A stretch of 64,000 nt of DNA from Rhina ancylostomus. Lineage: Eukaryota. Of the stretch, positions 12,601 through 26,169 are shown one piece after another. A program made the position numbers and the translations under genes. Numbering within the stretch: position 1 is the stretch's first letter; each line of letters starts with the position of its first letter. Under the pieces are notes generated by a model. The model searched no databases, was not told the origin of the DNA, and saw only the letters and a list, made by a program, of their open reading frames with translations. The stretch covers positions 56,362,651 through 56,426,650 of the forward strand of contig JARFYF010000001.1 in NCBI GenBank assembly GCA_030265395.1. Direction: 5' to 3'.

Positions 12601-14739
12601 NNNNNNNNNNNNNNNNNNNNNNNNNNNNNNNNNNNNNNNNNNNNNNNNNNNNNATTGCCATTGCAGGGAAATAGTCGGGAAAACTGGGAAAAGAGAGACT
12701 CAGGATTTCCCTCTGGAGCCTGAGGAGCAAGAGTTCTAGATCCACAAAGAAACTTCAAATTGCTTTGTTGTTTATCTTCTGGCACCTACACCAATTCCAT
12801 GCAGGTTAGGCATGGCAGGGAGGGCATCACTATTTAGGTTGAAGAGGCAGAATAAGTCCAAACCACATTATTGGAGCTGAATTTCCAGAATTAAAGAGAA
12901 TCTCACCAGGTTGGAGTTTTGACAATAATGAGTAATCCATTTCTCATGCAGCTGTTGGGGATGTTTGCTGAGATCTTGCTTTTAAAAAAAAACTTTGCTG
13001 GCACCCATTTAAAATGATTATACTTAAGGAGAGCCCAACAACCCAAAGGTTAAAGATGGGATGTTTCAACAGCTGTTTGTTTCACAAATCTGCCAAACAG
13101 AGCTGAGATGATCAGAATGTGGAATCAATGATAACTAAAGAAAGATCCAATCCCTGCAGCTGGAGAAGTTTGTGGAGGCAGAATAGTATCAGGAGACCTT
13201 ATTAGTAAGAAGTTTCTGATAATAATGTGTGGTTTACCGGAACTAATTGCGGAGAGGTTGAAATCCTAAAAGTCTAATTTAGTCTCTTTATCAATTAGCT
13301 GGTCCTCAATCAGCCTGCTCTTTTTTGAATTTTTTTTCTATTACAATTGATCACAATTTATTCTCTCACACCTTTTGATTTGGTAACTTCTTGAAACCAG
13401 TATCACACATCATGTTGCCATTTAAACAACAATATTCAGAAAATTATCAGAAAGTTATAGAAGTAAAAGGCAAAGTGGCTTTTCTGACAGGATGATAAGT
13501 GGAATTGAACACTGAGATTATTCTGATAGTAATTTTCTAGTTTCATAGATTCCATGCCATAAAACTATTTGATTTGTATTCTTAAAAAATTAAGAAAACT
13601 TAAATATAATTTAATATTTTAGATAGTTACAATGGATCATATGAGTTTTATTTTCCATCTCTTCTCAGCACACTTGAAGCTACTGAGCAGAGTAATGTTG
13701 ATATAGACATGAGGATGCAAGACTAGGAGGCAATACACAGAATTAATTTTTAACTGACAATGCTTAAAAATTCATTTTTTTCTGCTGTAAAATAGCACTT
13801 TATTTACTTCTCCATAAATGGAAAGCAAACTAGTTCATGAATTACATCTTTTTAATTGTTATTGAACTGCATTTTGAAATAAAAAGATTGATATAATTGC
13901 AGAAAATTATATATTTTTAATAATGCAGCAAGCCACAGTGCTAGTGATTACTGTTACTTTAACACTTAATTCTCACTTTCATTACATTTCTGTCTGCATA
14001 GTTACAATAAAATCATGTATTAAAGACAATGCTCTTGAGATTGCTTTCATCTAGATAGATATTTAATGTGCTACAGTCTTAAGTACTTTCTTTCACTGGT
14101 GGTTCTGCTGGGTTACTCAGCAGTAAGCCTTGGTGAAATCTAAGAATTACTATTAAATCTGGAGTTCATTTCCTTTTCTGTCTGCATTCACAAGATGGAG
14201 GAAGTGCAAATTTCAGAAGACCAAATGGCAGATTCAGATGACAAATGAACTCAGCAGGCTACATGAAACACCACCACCTGTTCGGATTACCACTAGTCTT
14301 TGTATCAGAAGCCTTGAAGGTTCAGCAGTACTTTCAGTGTAGCAGTACTTTAAATGTAAAGACACTCACAAAATACTGATTCTATTTATATCTAAATAGA
14401 AGACCCATGACACTAGTTGCTGTAACCACAGGAAGTCAAGCTTCTAGCGAAACATGAAACCTACTAATTTAGTAATGGGCAGCCTACACCCTATCTGCAC
14501 AGACACCAAACACACTGAGGGGCCCATTTCACAGATTTTCCCAATGATCAGCTAAAGTGGGTAGTAGGTTCCTTGACTTTATCATTTATGCCCAATGAAA
14601 GACTGCTCGGTAAAATATGTGACTAAAAAGTAGAGCTGTTTTTGAGACAGCCTCAATAAGGATTCCTCAATAGTTCATACAGATGTGAACTAAAGCTAAA
14701 TACTCTTCAGAACACACAGGGAGCTGCATTAAATTAAAT

Positions 14740-15062
14740 TTTTTTAAATTTAAATTTTATTTACAGCGTGGTAACAGGCCCTTATGGCCCAACAAGTCCG
14801 TGCCGCCCATTTTAAACCCATGTTAACCTACCCGTACGTCTTTGGAATGTGGGAGGANNNNNNNNNNNNNNNNNNNNNNNNNNNNNNNNNNNNNNNNNNN
14901 NNNNNNNNNNNNNNNNNNNNNNNNNNNNNNNNNNNNNNNNNNNNNNNNNNNNNNNNNAGACACAGGAGAACGTACAAACTCTTTACTGACAGCAACGGGA
15001 ATCAAACCTGGGTTGCTGGCACTGTAATTGTGTCACGCTAACTGCTACGCTACTGTACCATG
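14740..15062 (-). mobile_element. tRNA-derived V-SINE (HE1-like), gapped
   Basis: Minus strand: ggtacagtagcgtagcagttagcgtgac...ccaggtttgattcc (A/B-box-like head), V-domain gtttgtacgttctcc...cccacattccaaagacgtacggg, A-rich tail. Confidence 0.8.
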
Positions 15063-17149
15063 CATGGAATAGGTATACTCACCAACAAAAGAGTCTTGCT
15101 ATGGACTCCATCAGGCCCACCCCTCAAATATGTAAATGACACCCAAGGATATATTCCTGATAATCTCGAGCCTCTTGGCTTGGGTGCTTCCACAGCACAA
15201 TCTGCGAATCTTGGAATTCTCCCAATTTACCCAGAGTCTCCAAACATTAAAGCCTGCAATTGGATTGTGTAGCTCTGTGCTTTTTAAGCACTGTGTCATT
15301 GAATTACAATGCTTTTGTGAGCACATTCTATAAACACAGATAACGTCTGAGAATCAGATAACTCACAACATTTGGCCCCAAACTTTGAGAGTTTCATATT
15401 GATACATCAGAACTGACTTTGTCTGCTTTTCCAGCAGCAGAGACCATCAGGATAAACAGGCACATGATTTGTAGTCTTCCCAAAGGTCAAGGGAGTAATA
15501 GGCATTGCTGGTGTGTGTGTCCCAGAGTGGAGGATTCACAATTGAGGACCCTGAAAGTATTCTCCTTTAGGTTCCTGGTGGAGGGTCGTGTTAGTTACAC
15601 TCTGTTGCACTCCCTGGAGTACAAACAGGAGTCAGAAACCAAGCAAGAGGGAGATAGGTTCTATCCCCGAGATCCAGCCTTTTATGTGTAGTGGGAGCTG
15701 AAACATGTGACACTTCAAACTGCCCTCTTTCAAACTCAGAATTAGAGGCTCTAAGGCCCTTAAAGTGCAATTCATGGTTTACCATAAGAGAAAAAAAATT
15801 GAGGGTCAGTACTATATTTCCAGGAGTTTAAATGACTGTTTTATTCTCAGTTATTCCATTTTGTCTGCCATATTTCACCTGCCACTCCCCACGATGGGCT
15901 GGATCTTGGGGAGAAGAACTATCTCCCTCTTCCTTGATTTCTGACTCCTTTTTTTGCTCCAGGAAGTGCAGCAGAGTGTAATTGTAACAAGACTCACCAC
16001 CAGGAGCCTAAAGGAGAATGCTATCAGGGTCCTCTGGATATGGACTTCTCAGCATTCCCCACTCTGGAGACATATACAAGTGCTCTCCAGACACGTCTGG
16101 ATACTTCACTGTTGCCTGCAGCTATTCTCGCAACCCCTCCATCAGGAGGGTCCAGTCTTTGCAAGAGGATGAAGGACCCTGGTACAGTTGATGGAGGAAG
16201 GCTCCATCTTGCTGTTCTATTGGGGTCAAAAATTTCATTACTCAGAGATTTTCTTAAGGACCCTGCTCCATGGCCTATGCACATCGGTAAGGTGTGGGAA
16301 TAATGCTAGGCTGCCATCACAGTGCTCATCTTGATATTGAATTTTCAATGTCCTGTGCAGAATGGTCAATACCCAACTCACACTCTCCAAGCTCATTTGC
16401 AGGATACCTCACCCACAGTCTCTTCTGAAAATGTTCATATCTACAGTGAAACTGCAGCAAGCTTGCACAAAGCTGATGACAACAGCTGAGTAACTTGTAC
16501 TGAGAGGGAGGGCATTCCTTGGGCTGCTGCGCAGTATTAACTAAGCCCCAGGGAATTCATGATCAACTTCAAATATATTTGCTTCTGTTAATGCCAGGCA
16601 TCATCCGCACCCAGAGAGTTTTCACAGTCCAATCAAGTGGCAAGCAACTTTGGTAAGAGAGAAGCTGAGCTGTTGTTGATGAACTTTTGTTCTGAATGTG
16701 GTTGAGCTTCTTGAATATTGTTGGAACTGTAATCATCTGAACACATGGCAGGTATTCCATCATTTACCAATTTGGTGGCCTTTCTACTGCCTCTTCAGTT
16801 CAGGGACAATAAATGCCAGCATTGCCAGTAAAATCTACATCCTGTTAATTAATAGATATTAACAAAAAAACCTTCCTGTCTTGCTCTTCACACATGTTGG
16901 AAAGGTTTTTTGGAGAGTCAGGGAATGATGAGTGCAGATTTTTGAATGTGTATGGACTACCAAAGGCTGACTAAAAAATTGACAGAATAAAGGGATGATG
17001 GCCCTTTGGATCTGAGGTGGCTAAGGCAAAGAATAGAAAGTAATGAAGGAAGAGAGTATGCATAGGTGGTCCCTAGGTCCATTGCTCTTCTGGTATATAT
17101 TTATTTATTTACGATTCAGTCTTAGCTATTCAGGGAAATTTTCCAGAAG

Positions 17150-17700
17150 ACACAGAAATGTGGAAACAATAAGGAGGATGTGATAAAAATGTGGTAAAAT
17201 GGGCAGATTTATCATAGATGAAACTTTGCAGGGAAGTCTTAATAATGCATTTTGGAAGGCAGAATGGAGAGGCAATATGAAATAAATAGTATAAATTAAA
17301 GAGGGTGGAGGGATGGAGTGTCCTGGAATGATGTGCACACAAGTCATGAAAATTGACAGAACAATTTGAGAAGCCTGTTTTAAAAAAAAGCATATGGGAT
17401 CATTGGCCTTATTAATAGTAGAAAATACAAGAGCAATGCAGTTATATCTCCTATAAGACCGAGACTTAACTGGAGTATTGTGCCCAGTTCCAGGCACCAG
17501 ATTTTAGAATAGCAAGTGGAAACAAAGATTTACTGGAATGGTGCCAGGGCTGAAGGATTTGATTATGAGGAGAAATTAAATCCTCCATTGAACAGAGGTT
17601 ACAAGATTTGACAGGTGTTCAAACCTTAACTTTTTGAAAGACTAAATAAGGAGAAAAAAAGTTTTCATTAGTACAAGGATCTGTAATCAAGTAGGCTGAA
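17150..17700 (+). mobile_element. Highly decayed CR1-like LINE 3' region
   Basis: ctggagtattgtgcccagttc...aagatttactggaatggtgccagggctgaagg (LEYC.QF / RFT.M.PGL motif). Another copy at ~18600-19090. Confidence 0.55.
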
Positions 17701-19799
17701 GGTGACATGACAAATAAAAGCAGGAAATGCTGTCTTCAGAGGTTAGGCAGCTTCTGTGGAAAGAGATTTAACAGCTCTGGTCAATGACCTTTCATCAGAA
17801 CCTGAACACCAACTGTTCTTCTCTCTCCACAAGTGCTGGCCGATCTGCTGAGAATTTCCAGGTTCTGCAGTTTTTATTTGGTTGTATGATCCGAGGAAAC
17901 ATTTGTTTACACAGCAGGTTTTTGTGATCTGGCATGTGCTGTCAGTAGCTGACCTTAGGCACACTGCCACTGGTGCCATGGATTAAACAGGCTTCTTCTG
18001 TATGGTTTCGTTCAATTATTTACTTCTGTAAAAGAATGCTTATCTTACTATAAATCTTGCATCCACATGCTCTTTCTGTGTCTGCAACTTGCTTCCTATT
18101 ATCATGATTCTGCTGCAATGTGTCAACTTGTTCATCTCATTATAAATATACAAATAAATTCTTGCAAATGACGAGGAACATGAAAGCTTCACATAATAAT
18201 TACACCCAGTGGAACTTTAGGATAGTATATTTTACACCACAAGTAGGGACTTTACATTCTTCCCTTCCACCATCTTGCTCTTATGTTTATTCCCATAAAC
18301 TATACATTAAAAACACCGTATCTTCCAATTTATAATTATTCACCATCCTTCATTTGTCACAAAGATAGCAAGAAAAGAAAGTGACCTCCTCATCCTTTGT
18401 TTTCCTAAAAGACATTCACTGCTTTCAATGTTTTTTTTAAAAAATGAAATTATACTAGATTGAGGAAAAAAAACGAACAGAGGGACCTGGGATAATATTT
18501 GCATGAATTACATAAAGTGAAAAAGCAATTAAAACATACGGGATCTGGAGAACGGAAGTCATGATGAGAGTGATCACAACTTCCTTGTTCAAGTGAAATA
18601 TTGCATACATTTCTGGCTATCACATATCTGGAAAGATACAAAAGGCCTTTGTAAGGGCACACAAGAGATTTATTAGGATGTTTCCGGGGATGAGTAACTT
18701 TCATCACATGGATAAACTGGAGAAGTGAACAGCAGAGGTTGAGAGGGGATCTGATAATTTAAAATCATAAAGAGTCTGGGCAGTGCAGATAAAGAAAAGC
18801 TATCTGTATTGGCAATAGGCCAAGAAGCACAGGAATTAAGTTCATTGCAAAAGAACTAAATGAGGAACAACTTATTATATAGTGCGTGGTTAAAATCTGA
18901 AATGCTCCAACTGGTGGGGCAGGAGAGGCAATTTCAATTAGTATTCAAAAGGGAATAAGTCCTTGAAAGGAAAAATATTGCAGGGACATAAAGCATGAGA
19001 GAGCAGGGAATAGGACTAGTTAGTTTGCTCATGCATAGAGCTGGTGTGGAATTAATGGGCTGAATAGCCTCCTTCAGTTCTGTGATGTTCATAATTCTAG
19101 CTGCCCGTGCTCACTTTTTATTTTGTGGATTTAAATCTTAAAAAGCACAAACAAATGTCTTGCAACAGAAATACATTATGACTTTAAAAATGTATTACAA
19201 TTTACAAACTGAAGTTTGGGTTTTTTTTCTTATTCTCTAGCAACCCTCACACCTCATTCCCTGGACTCAGTCTCTCCCTCCAGCTTAACATAGCTTGAAG
19301 TTTAAAGCCACAACAGGTGTGCAAGTCAGAACTGCAATTTTATTCATTTCTCACATGCACACGTGTTGCCTCTTTTCTGAAGAAAACTGCTAACGTCTTG
19401 CTTCAAAGGTTTTGATATCTTCCTGCTTTTCAAAATTATTTGAAGAAATCCTGGAAGGAAAATGCAGTTCCACTGGACTAGATGATTTCAGTACAGTCTG
19501 TGCAATATATCTGTATAATATATTTAAATAAAATCTTTAGTGAAGGCATTACCAGATGCAAAAGACATCATTTTAAAAATATTGTTAAATGTATTCAAAC
19601 TGTCAAAAATATGTTGAATCCTTTTTCCTCCCCCCCCAAACATTAAACATTAAGGGACAGTGCTTGTTGACTTGGTCGCTCAGCAGAAATACTGCCTACT
19701 AATAGAGTTACATCATCACATGATGAAGTAGCAGCTGTGTGTCACTTTTGGCATTATACAAATTATCACAGCAAAAGTAAATGAAAAGAATTACGCTCA

Positions 19800-20220
19800 T
19801 CTCACTCTGTTTATAACCTCAAGACATCATAAAGAACTTTACAAATAATGAAGCACTTTTTTGAATCACTGAGCGGAGTAAATACACCTGCCCAATTGAA
19901 CAGAGCTAGAAGTCTTAAACAGATGTGTGATAATAACCAGATAAACCATTTAATTTTATTGGGTTTGGGAGATGCATTAGGCAGGATGCTGGAAAGAATT
20001 CCCCATTCTTCAAATTAATGTTGTGAATATTTTATGCCCACCTGTGATGGAAAAATTCCAGGCATTGGTTTGGCAAGTAAATTGAAAGACTGCTGCTAAC
20101 AGTACACTCTTATGTAATAGTGCACTGCTGTAATAATGCCCTAGTTTCTGGAATGGGACGGTCAAACCCCTCACCTAATGCAGATGCAAGGGAGTTTTAC
20201 ATTGAGCCAAGGCTGAAACA
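19800..20220 (-). mobile_element. Near full-length decayed Deu-domain SINE
   Basis: Reverse complement shows head tcagccttggctcaatg..., a Deu-like core (gaagaatggggaattctttccagcatcctgcc...atctggttattatcacac) and tail aaaagtgcttcatt...gtaaag. Confidence 0.5.
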
Positions 20221-21216
20221 AGAGGTACTTGAAAATCTTTAAGCAATTGTGCTAAAATTTACACTGTAGAAGAATGAGCACTGAATGTGTACATTTAAAC
20301 AAAAACAGAATTACATCCGTAGGCTCTTAAAATTCAATGGATCTCGTTACCATATGTACATCAAGCAAATCCACGGTCTCTACCATCTAGAAAGTAAGGA
20401 GCAGCAGACACATAGGCTGCATTATCATTATTTGTGAGTTCCCCTCCCTCATTGCCTCAATTTTTGAACCCCTATTGAACAGCAGGGTGAGTCTAAATAT
20501 GCTCACGTTACCCAAACTTTCTCTTCCAACCAGTTCAATGTGCACAAATTCGAGGGAATTATCTCCAGATTCTAAAACTTCATTTCTTGAGCTTTTGCTC
20601 AACCCTCTAACCCAAGGCCCAGTATATGTATTTCCCTCATATGACTCATTACACTCAATTTGCTTTTAGATGTTGGGAACTCTTTTGTTCTCCCTTCCAT
20701 TTATGCTTCATCATGCAAAGTGAAATATCAAAAGAAAACTTTACCCCCAGGAAGCTATTAGCAGGTTATTAAAAAAAATTGCTCATTTTAATGTTTTCCT
20801 AAACAGCAATTGACATTGTTACCATTTCCATGAAGTCTCCTGCCATCAGGTCAAACATGGCCAAGTTCTGACAAAAGTCTCTGACCTGACACCTTACCCA
20901 TTTCTTTTTCCACAACAGCTGCCCGATCTGCTGCGTGTTTCCAACATTTTGCTTTTAGGATTCCCAGCATCAACAAATTTTTTTGTTTTCATATTAGCAA
21001 GAAAATTTGACTAAACCTACCATCCTCCCTTGGGAAGATCAGTGTTCTTCTGCATTTTGCAACACTTAGATGAGGCACCGGAAGTAGCAAGGACACAGAA
21101 TGAACAGTATTACTCTGATAATCTACTATCCAACTACTATGAAAGCTTGGTGGTGCACTGCCTGGTTCATTAGATGCCAATTCCTGTGCTCCCTTCCACC
21201 GATCAGGGCCCAGGTT

Positions 21217-21347
21217 GAGTCCAGAGGAAGGGTCTCCACCCAAAACCTTGACTGTCCATTTTCCACCATAGATGCTGCCTAACCCGCTGAGTTCCTCCAG
21301 CACTTTGTGTGTTGCTCCAGACTCCAACATCTGCAGTCTCGTGTCTC
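21217..21347 (+). mobile_element. Penelope-type 3' tail with decayed hammerhead-like motif
   Basis: gagtc-CAGAGGA-agggtctccaccc-AAAA-cctt-gactg followed by atagatgctgcctaacccgctgagttcctccagcactttgtgtgttgctccagactccaacatctgcagtc. The same tail follows GIY-YIG sequence at ~53280 and ~63100. Confidence 0.7.
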
Positions 21348-22710
21348 AATTACCATTTCAATCTAACAGGTGAAGTCAATCAAGATTCTCATTTCAATTA
21401 GAGGAGCATAGACAACAACACTGGGCAGAAGTACAAATAGCTCAACAGCACCATATTGTTCAAATTGACAAAAATAGCAACATATAGGGGAGGATAATTC
21501 TTAAAGAACTTCACATGTGGAAAAAAAAAATTTTAAAGATAGAATAGAAAATATTTGAATATTAAATAGCTTATAGCCATCTAGAACTAAAGAGGAACTG
21601 TGGCTTAAGCAAATTACATACATTTTGATAAAATCTACATTTACACTTTTTTCAAAAAATTTCTATATTTTAAATGAAAACCCCTACAATACTTATGCTA
21701 ATAAAAAAAACCAGGAGGCATCATACAGAGAGACATATTTATTACAACACCAAGTATACCTGCAGTGAATTATTTAAACGAAAGTACAAGCCTACCAGTT
21801 GTGGAATACGAAATCGTAAGTGAACCTGACCACATAACCAACGAGTGACGTGTTCATTATGCTGTCTGGATTCACAAGTTTTCAAAATTAATTTCAGTCA
21901 AAATTCAATATGTCAGAGAGATAAAGCTGATCATAACATTAATCCCAAAGTTCATACTCTAGTAGCTATAGTTTTAAGGTTTTATAAATATTACACTAGA
22001 GAATGTAGAGTATTTACAACATAAGCTGGAGAGATTTAATGGCAGCAAAACATGGTCAAAAACCCACCTCCATATACTTGGAGGATTTGTCACTGTTAAT
22101 GCTATTGTGTAAAACCCAAAAAAGGTAATTGATCCCAAAATATCTGGCCCAAAACTGAGGCTTTGATTTTGTGCTGAGTTTTCTATTGTAGTAGCTACAT
22201 GCTTTTCCACATTTTAGCTCCAAGGATGAGCACAGTATATTTATTTTTATTTTTCATTAACAGTGACATGATTCTTCCATTCAAACTTTGACTAGGATGC
22301 ATTGTTCTATGGGGAGAAATGAGCATTTTACAACTTGTACTGACACAGATGTCAAAAGCTGATTACTTCATTCAGTTTGTCAATTTAATGGCATTTTGCT
22401 CACTTTAGTCCAGGGATCTTTTATCTGCCTTGATTAAGCAGTGACAGTTCTTGTACAAGTAATAATCCCCAGTTATTCCTGGAGATCTGTGTCACCAACT
22501 ATAGAAAAGATCATGCAAAGTGAATCACTATATTTTAGCAAAAGTAGAAAAGGTACATTCGGTCACATAAAGGTAATTGGGGAAATTTAATTGTCCTACA
22601 AGTTAATGAAGATAATGTGTTCCTTATCTGAAAAGCAGTTATCTTAAAACTTTCTTAAAAGCACCTCAAAAATAACTTGAGAAATATAAACTGGACTTAG
22701 ACTTTTTATG

Positions 22711-22716
22711 TTTATT
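22711..22716 (-). terminator. Probable SF3B1 polyadenylation signal AATAAA
   Basis: AATAAA about 350 nt after the stop, following the block AGATTTAGATTTCATTCCTTGTGTT. Other AATAAA hexamers at 22951-22956 and 21738-21743. Confidence 0.6.
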
Positions 22717-23067
22717 TTTTTTAAGAAACAACCTGTCAACACAAGGAATGAAATCTAAATCTCAAAGACAAATTCAAATGAATTGTGAATTGAATATTCA
22801 TCATCCTGCTGGTCACGATAAGATTTAGCTATTTAACAACAAGTAATGGGACAAAATTTACAGTCTTTATGTCCCTTTAAAATAAAATTGTACTACTAGC
22901 CCTATCCACTTACTACTTTTACAACCTGCTCCAACAAGATGATCAATGTTTTTATTTCAGACCATCATAACATCACATCTGAAGCACAGCATATGATTGG
23001 GTAACCAAGGGCAATTACAATGCAGCAAAATAGCAGACAAAGACAATGTGAAGAATGGTAACTTGCT

Positions 23068-23226
23068 TTACAAGATGTAGTCAAGTTCATAGCGGACATG
23101 TGTATTTTTTTCATCATTAAAGATCCTTGGATAATGTGCAATTAGGGCATCCTGTGAACCGATGTAGATCGAGTTGTAGATTTTCCAGTACACATCACGT
23201 ACTTTTCTGGCTGGATGGAACAAGCC
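23068..23226 (-). CDS. SF3B1: SF3B1 exon 25 coding part ([15 protein letters not shown]...RYELDYIL*)
   Basis: AAG| acceptor, 159 nt including TAA at 23068-23070. The 25 exon lengths sum to 3978 nt (1325 aa + stop) with consistent phases. Confidence 0.97.
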   Translation of the reverse strand, partial: GLFHPARKVRDVYWKIYNSIYIGSQDALIAHYPRIFNDEKNTHVRYELDYIL

Positions 23227-23948
23227 CTTTCAGAAAGCAAGAAAGGCAGAATTTTACCATGCTGATCATGGGCCATAAGGATTTCAACATCAAGTAAAAA
23301 AAACCATTTAAATGCTAATTTTTTAAAAATAAAAATAACTGCTCAAAACCAAAAAGCTTCTAGAATTTGCTTTTCTCTGTTCATTAATTAAAACTTAATG
23401 AAAGGATTGAAATGTTTAAATCACTGCACTTGAAAAGTGCAACATGAAGTACTGGCAAATTAAATCAGATTGGCATAGTGGATGGTACAATCTAAATATG
23501 TGCAGTTTATCAACCTTCAGTTCCACGAAATTATTCTCCTACCAAAGGAAAGCACCAAGCCATGTTGAAAACCAGGAAAGTGTAACCTGTAATATGTTTT
23601 GTAAGTTTTCACCAACATTGGTTTCCAGAACTGTAATTTCATGAAGTTAGTAGGATGTATGTTTGCACCAAGGACAAATTGTTAACTTTAGCTGTGTTAC
23701 TGTGAGAAGGCCAAGCACCCTCCTCACAGAGAGAGGGAAAAATCTTGTACCTTGGCCACTCTTTTGCACCTTCTTAGTAACACTGGAGATGATATGCAAG
23801 GAAATTTCTAGAAGAATGCCAGGATAAAAGAGACTTGCAACAGTTAAAAGTCATTACCTGGAAGTCTTGTGAAGAACAGTAGACTGACAAAATGTTGCAT
23901 CCAGAACAAATCTAATCCAAATATGTGGCTGCAAAGATTTGAACTTAC

Positions 23949-24165
23949 CTGTAAACAATATTGTAGCATTCTGCAAGGTCCTAATGCAACCCTTAGGCCC
24001 TCCAATGCTCCCATTACTGCCTGGATAACATGTGGGGATGTTTCAAAGACATTGGGCCATACATAATTTAACAAGTGATTTAGAGCATCTTCACAGCCAA
24101 ATCCATATACTCCCAGGGACATGTGCTGCACAACTGCACTAGCTGTCTGTCTATGAACCAGGTCT
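23949..24165 (-). CDS. SF3B1: SF3B1 exon 24 ([18 protein letters not shown]...MLQYCLQ)
   Basis: TAG| acceptor, |GTAAGT donor, 217 nt. Confidence 0.97.
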
Positions 24166-25417
24166 CTAGAACAGGGAAGACAAACAAAAAATATATTAAT
24201 TCATTATTGCAAAAAATTGCAACTGTTTTATGTTTCCTGGCAATACAAAGCAAAATTGTTTAAAATACATATTTCAAAGTCAAAGTCAAGACATAATCTG
24301 TTGAAAACAATTAAAAACTGCAAGGTATACCCATTTCCCATTATTAATTTATTTTAATGAGTTTCCCAACAGCCAAGCCAGATGCCTTCCAGAGACGGAA
24401 AAGGAGTCTGCACCAGACTATAAATGGAGCAGATTCTGCAGAAAAATTCTGGCAGAAATAACATTACCTCCTGTAAGTGTGAACAACTTCAGTACTTCAT
24501 TGCTTTGAGAGCTTCTAGTGAAAGGCACTAGATAAGTAAGCCTTATTTCTAAAATAATGCTTTTCTTTTGAAAGCAAAATCATACAATATACAGTTTGGC
24601 ACTTTGATATTTAACAAACACTAAATTTCTTTCCCTTACCACCCTCCTCCTTGCAAAGGGCAGTAAAACTACACTATCATTTCACGAATGTTTCAAGTAA
24701 CTATTTTTTTACTTGCACATCTTAAGTGATTATTTGATTATTGGACGACAAAATTACAAGAGTAGAGCATGATTCGGTTCTCCACAAATGTGAATATTAA
24801 TTTCTGCTTCAATGGAGTGCTTTTTCTTTACCCTGTACTAACACAGACAGAATGTGATCATGTCCAGACAATTTAATGCCGACTGAAAGAGAAATACTGA
24901 TACGATACCAAAGATCCTTCTCTTACTCTTCTTTCACACAGTTTCATGGGATGTCATGAGAATTTAACATCTCATCCAAAAGTGACATCTCTGACATTCC
25001 CTCAGTAGAGGGATGGAATGTCAGCCCATGATTTTTGTTCTCCAGCCTTAGAAGCCTTTAACTTTAGCTTTTAGATTTCTTTAACTTTACCTTTTAGATT
25101 TGGGACAAGGTTACTAACGACTGTATCACAGCTGACTTTACAGAAGAATCACAACTGGTTGGTCAAAAAAACCATTAACATACAATTCCCCATCAGAATA
25201 TTTAAGGTTTTATAATTAACAAATCAAAAGATTAAATAGTGGCTTTTAAAATAAAGATTACACCAGAAGCTAAATTTCAGCTTTGTATTCACTACCAAAA
25301 CACAAGAAAACAAAATAGAGATCTCTGTTACTTAATTTTGAAATTTGTTCCATGTCAATAAGAAACAGTAGTCATTGGCTGTTACAATATCTGTCATCAG
25401 GATTCAACTAAACTCAC

Positions 25418-25690
25418 CTGTCCATTAAAGCATCTTCAAGCAATGGTGTTACCGCATAAATATAATCTTTTCCCATTTCGCCAATGTACTCAAATAAGAA
25501 TGAGAGAGACTTAAGTACACCATTCTGCACATTCAGCTCAGGAACTCTATATTCATTCATCAAAGCAGGTAGCACCGTGAATGGAGAGCACGTTTCTGCC
25601 ACAATAGCAATAGCTACTGTGGTACAGACCCTGTTCTGACGTTCTTGAACCTTCAAGTTATTCAACAGTGTGGCCAGTACATCATGTGGA
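25418..25690 (-). CDS. SF3B1: SF3B1 exon 23 ([22 protein letters not shown]...EDALMDR)
   Basis: CAG| acceptor, |GTGAGT donor, 273 nt. Confidence 0.97.
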
Positions 25691-26037
25691 CTGAAAGAAA
25701 CAAGTGAAAAATCCTATCAGAATAGTGACCTTCATATATTGGTCAAACAGTACTCAAAATTTAAATTGCATTTATGTATAAATACAGAAAACATTTCCTT
25801 TTAGATTGTAACAGGAATCTAACTCAGTTATTTAACATAATAAGCAGCAAAATTAGAGCCTTTATAGCGAATCAGATATTTCCTCGCTTTGTGCATGCGC
25901 GCAGTCTTACATCATTCAACTTTTACACTTTTTAGTAAAGTGATAACTAAACATATCCACAGACAACACAATAAAACCAAAACTAAGCATTGACAACCAA
26001 GTCTACTGCTGCTGTAATTGACTCTCACAGAACTTAC

Positions 26038-26169
26038 CCAATAGCTTTTGCAATGTAGCCAAAGGTGTTTACTGTTGCTCTTCTGATAGCTTTTTTGTGT
26101 GCCTTCAAAAGTTCCAACAATTCAAAGCAGATTCGCATCCATTCACGAGCAGATACATACTCTGCACCT
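26038..26169 (-). CDS. SF3B1: SF3B1 exon 22 ([18 protein letters not shown]...[20 protein letters not shown])
   Basis: CAG| acceptor, |GTAAGT donor, 132 nt; branch-point/pladienolide pocket motif KKAIRRATV intact. Confidence 0.97.

Noticed and set aside
15400-16560. Cluster of 60-90 aa ORFs in moderately GC-rich intergenic DNA
   Set aside because: No recognisable domain or consistent splice structure; probably an unidentified eroded repeat. A BLASTX/Dfam search would be needed to say more.
25056-25101. 23-bp tandem duplication (ctttaactttagcttttagattt x2); similar short duplication at 37083-37123
   Set aside because: Ordinary local slippage inside decayed repeats.
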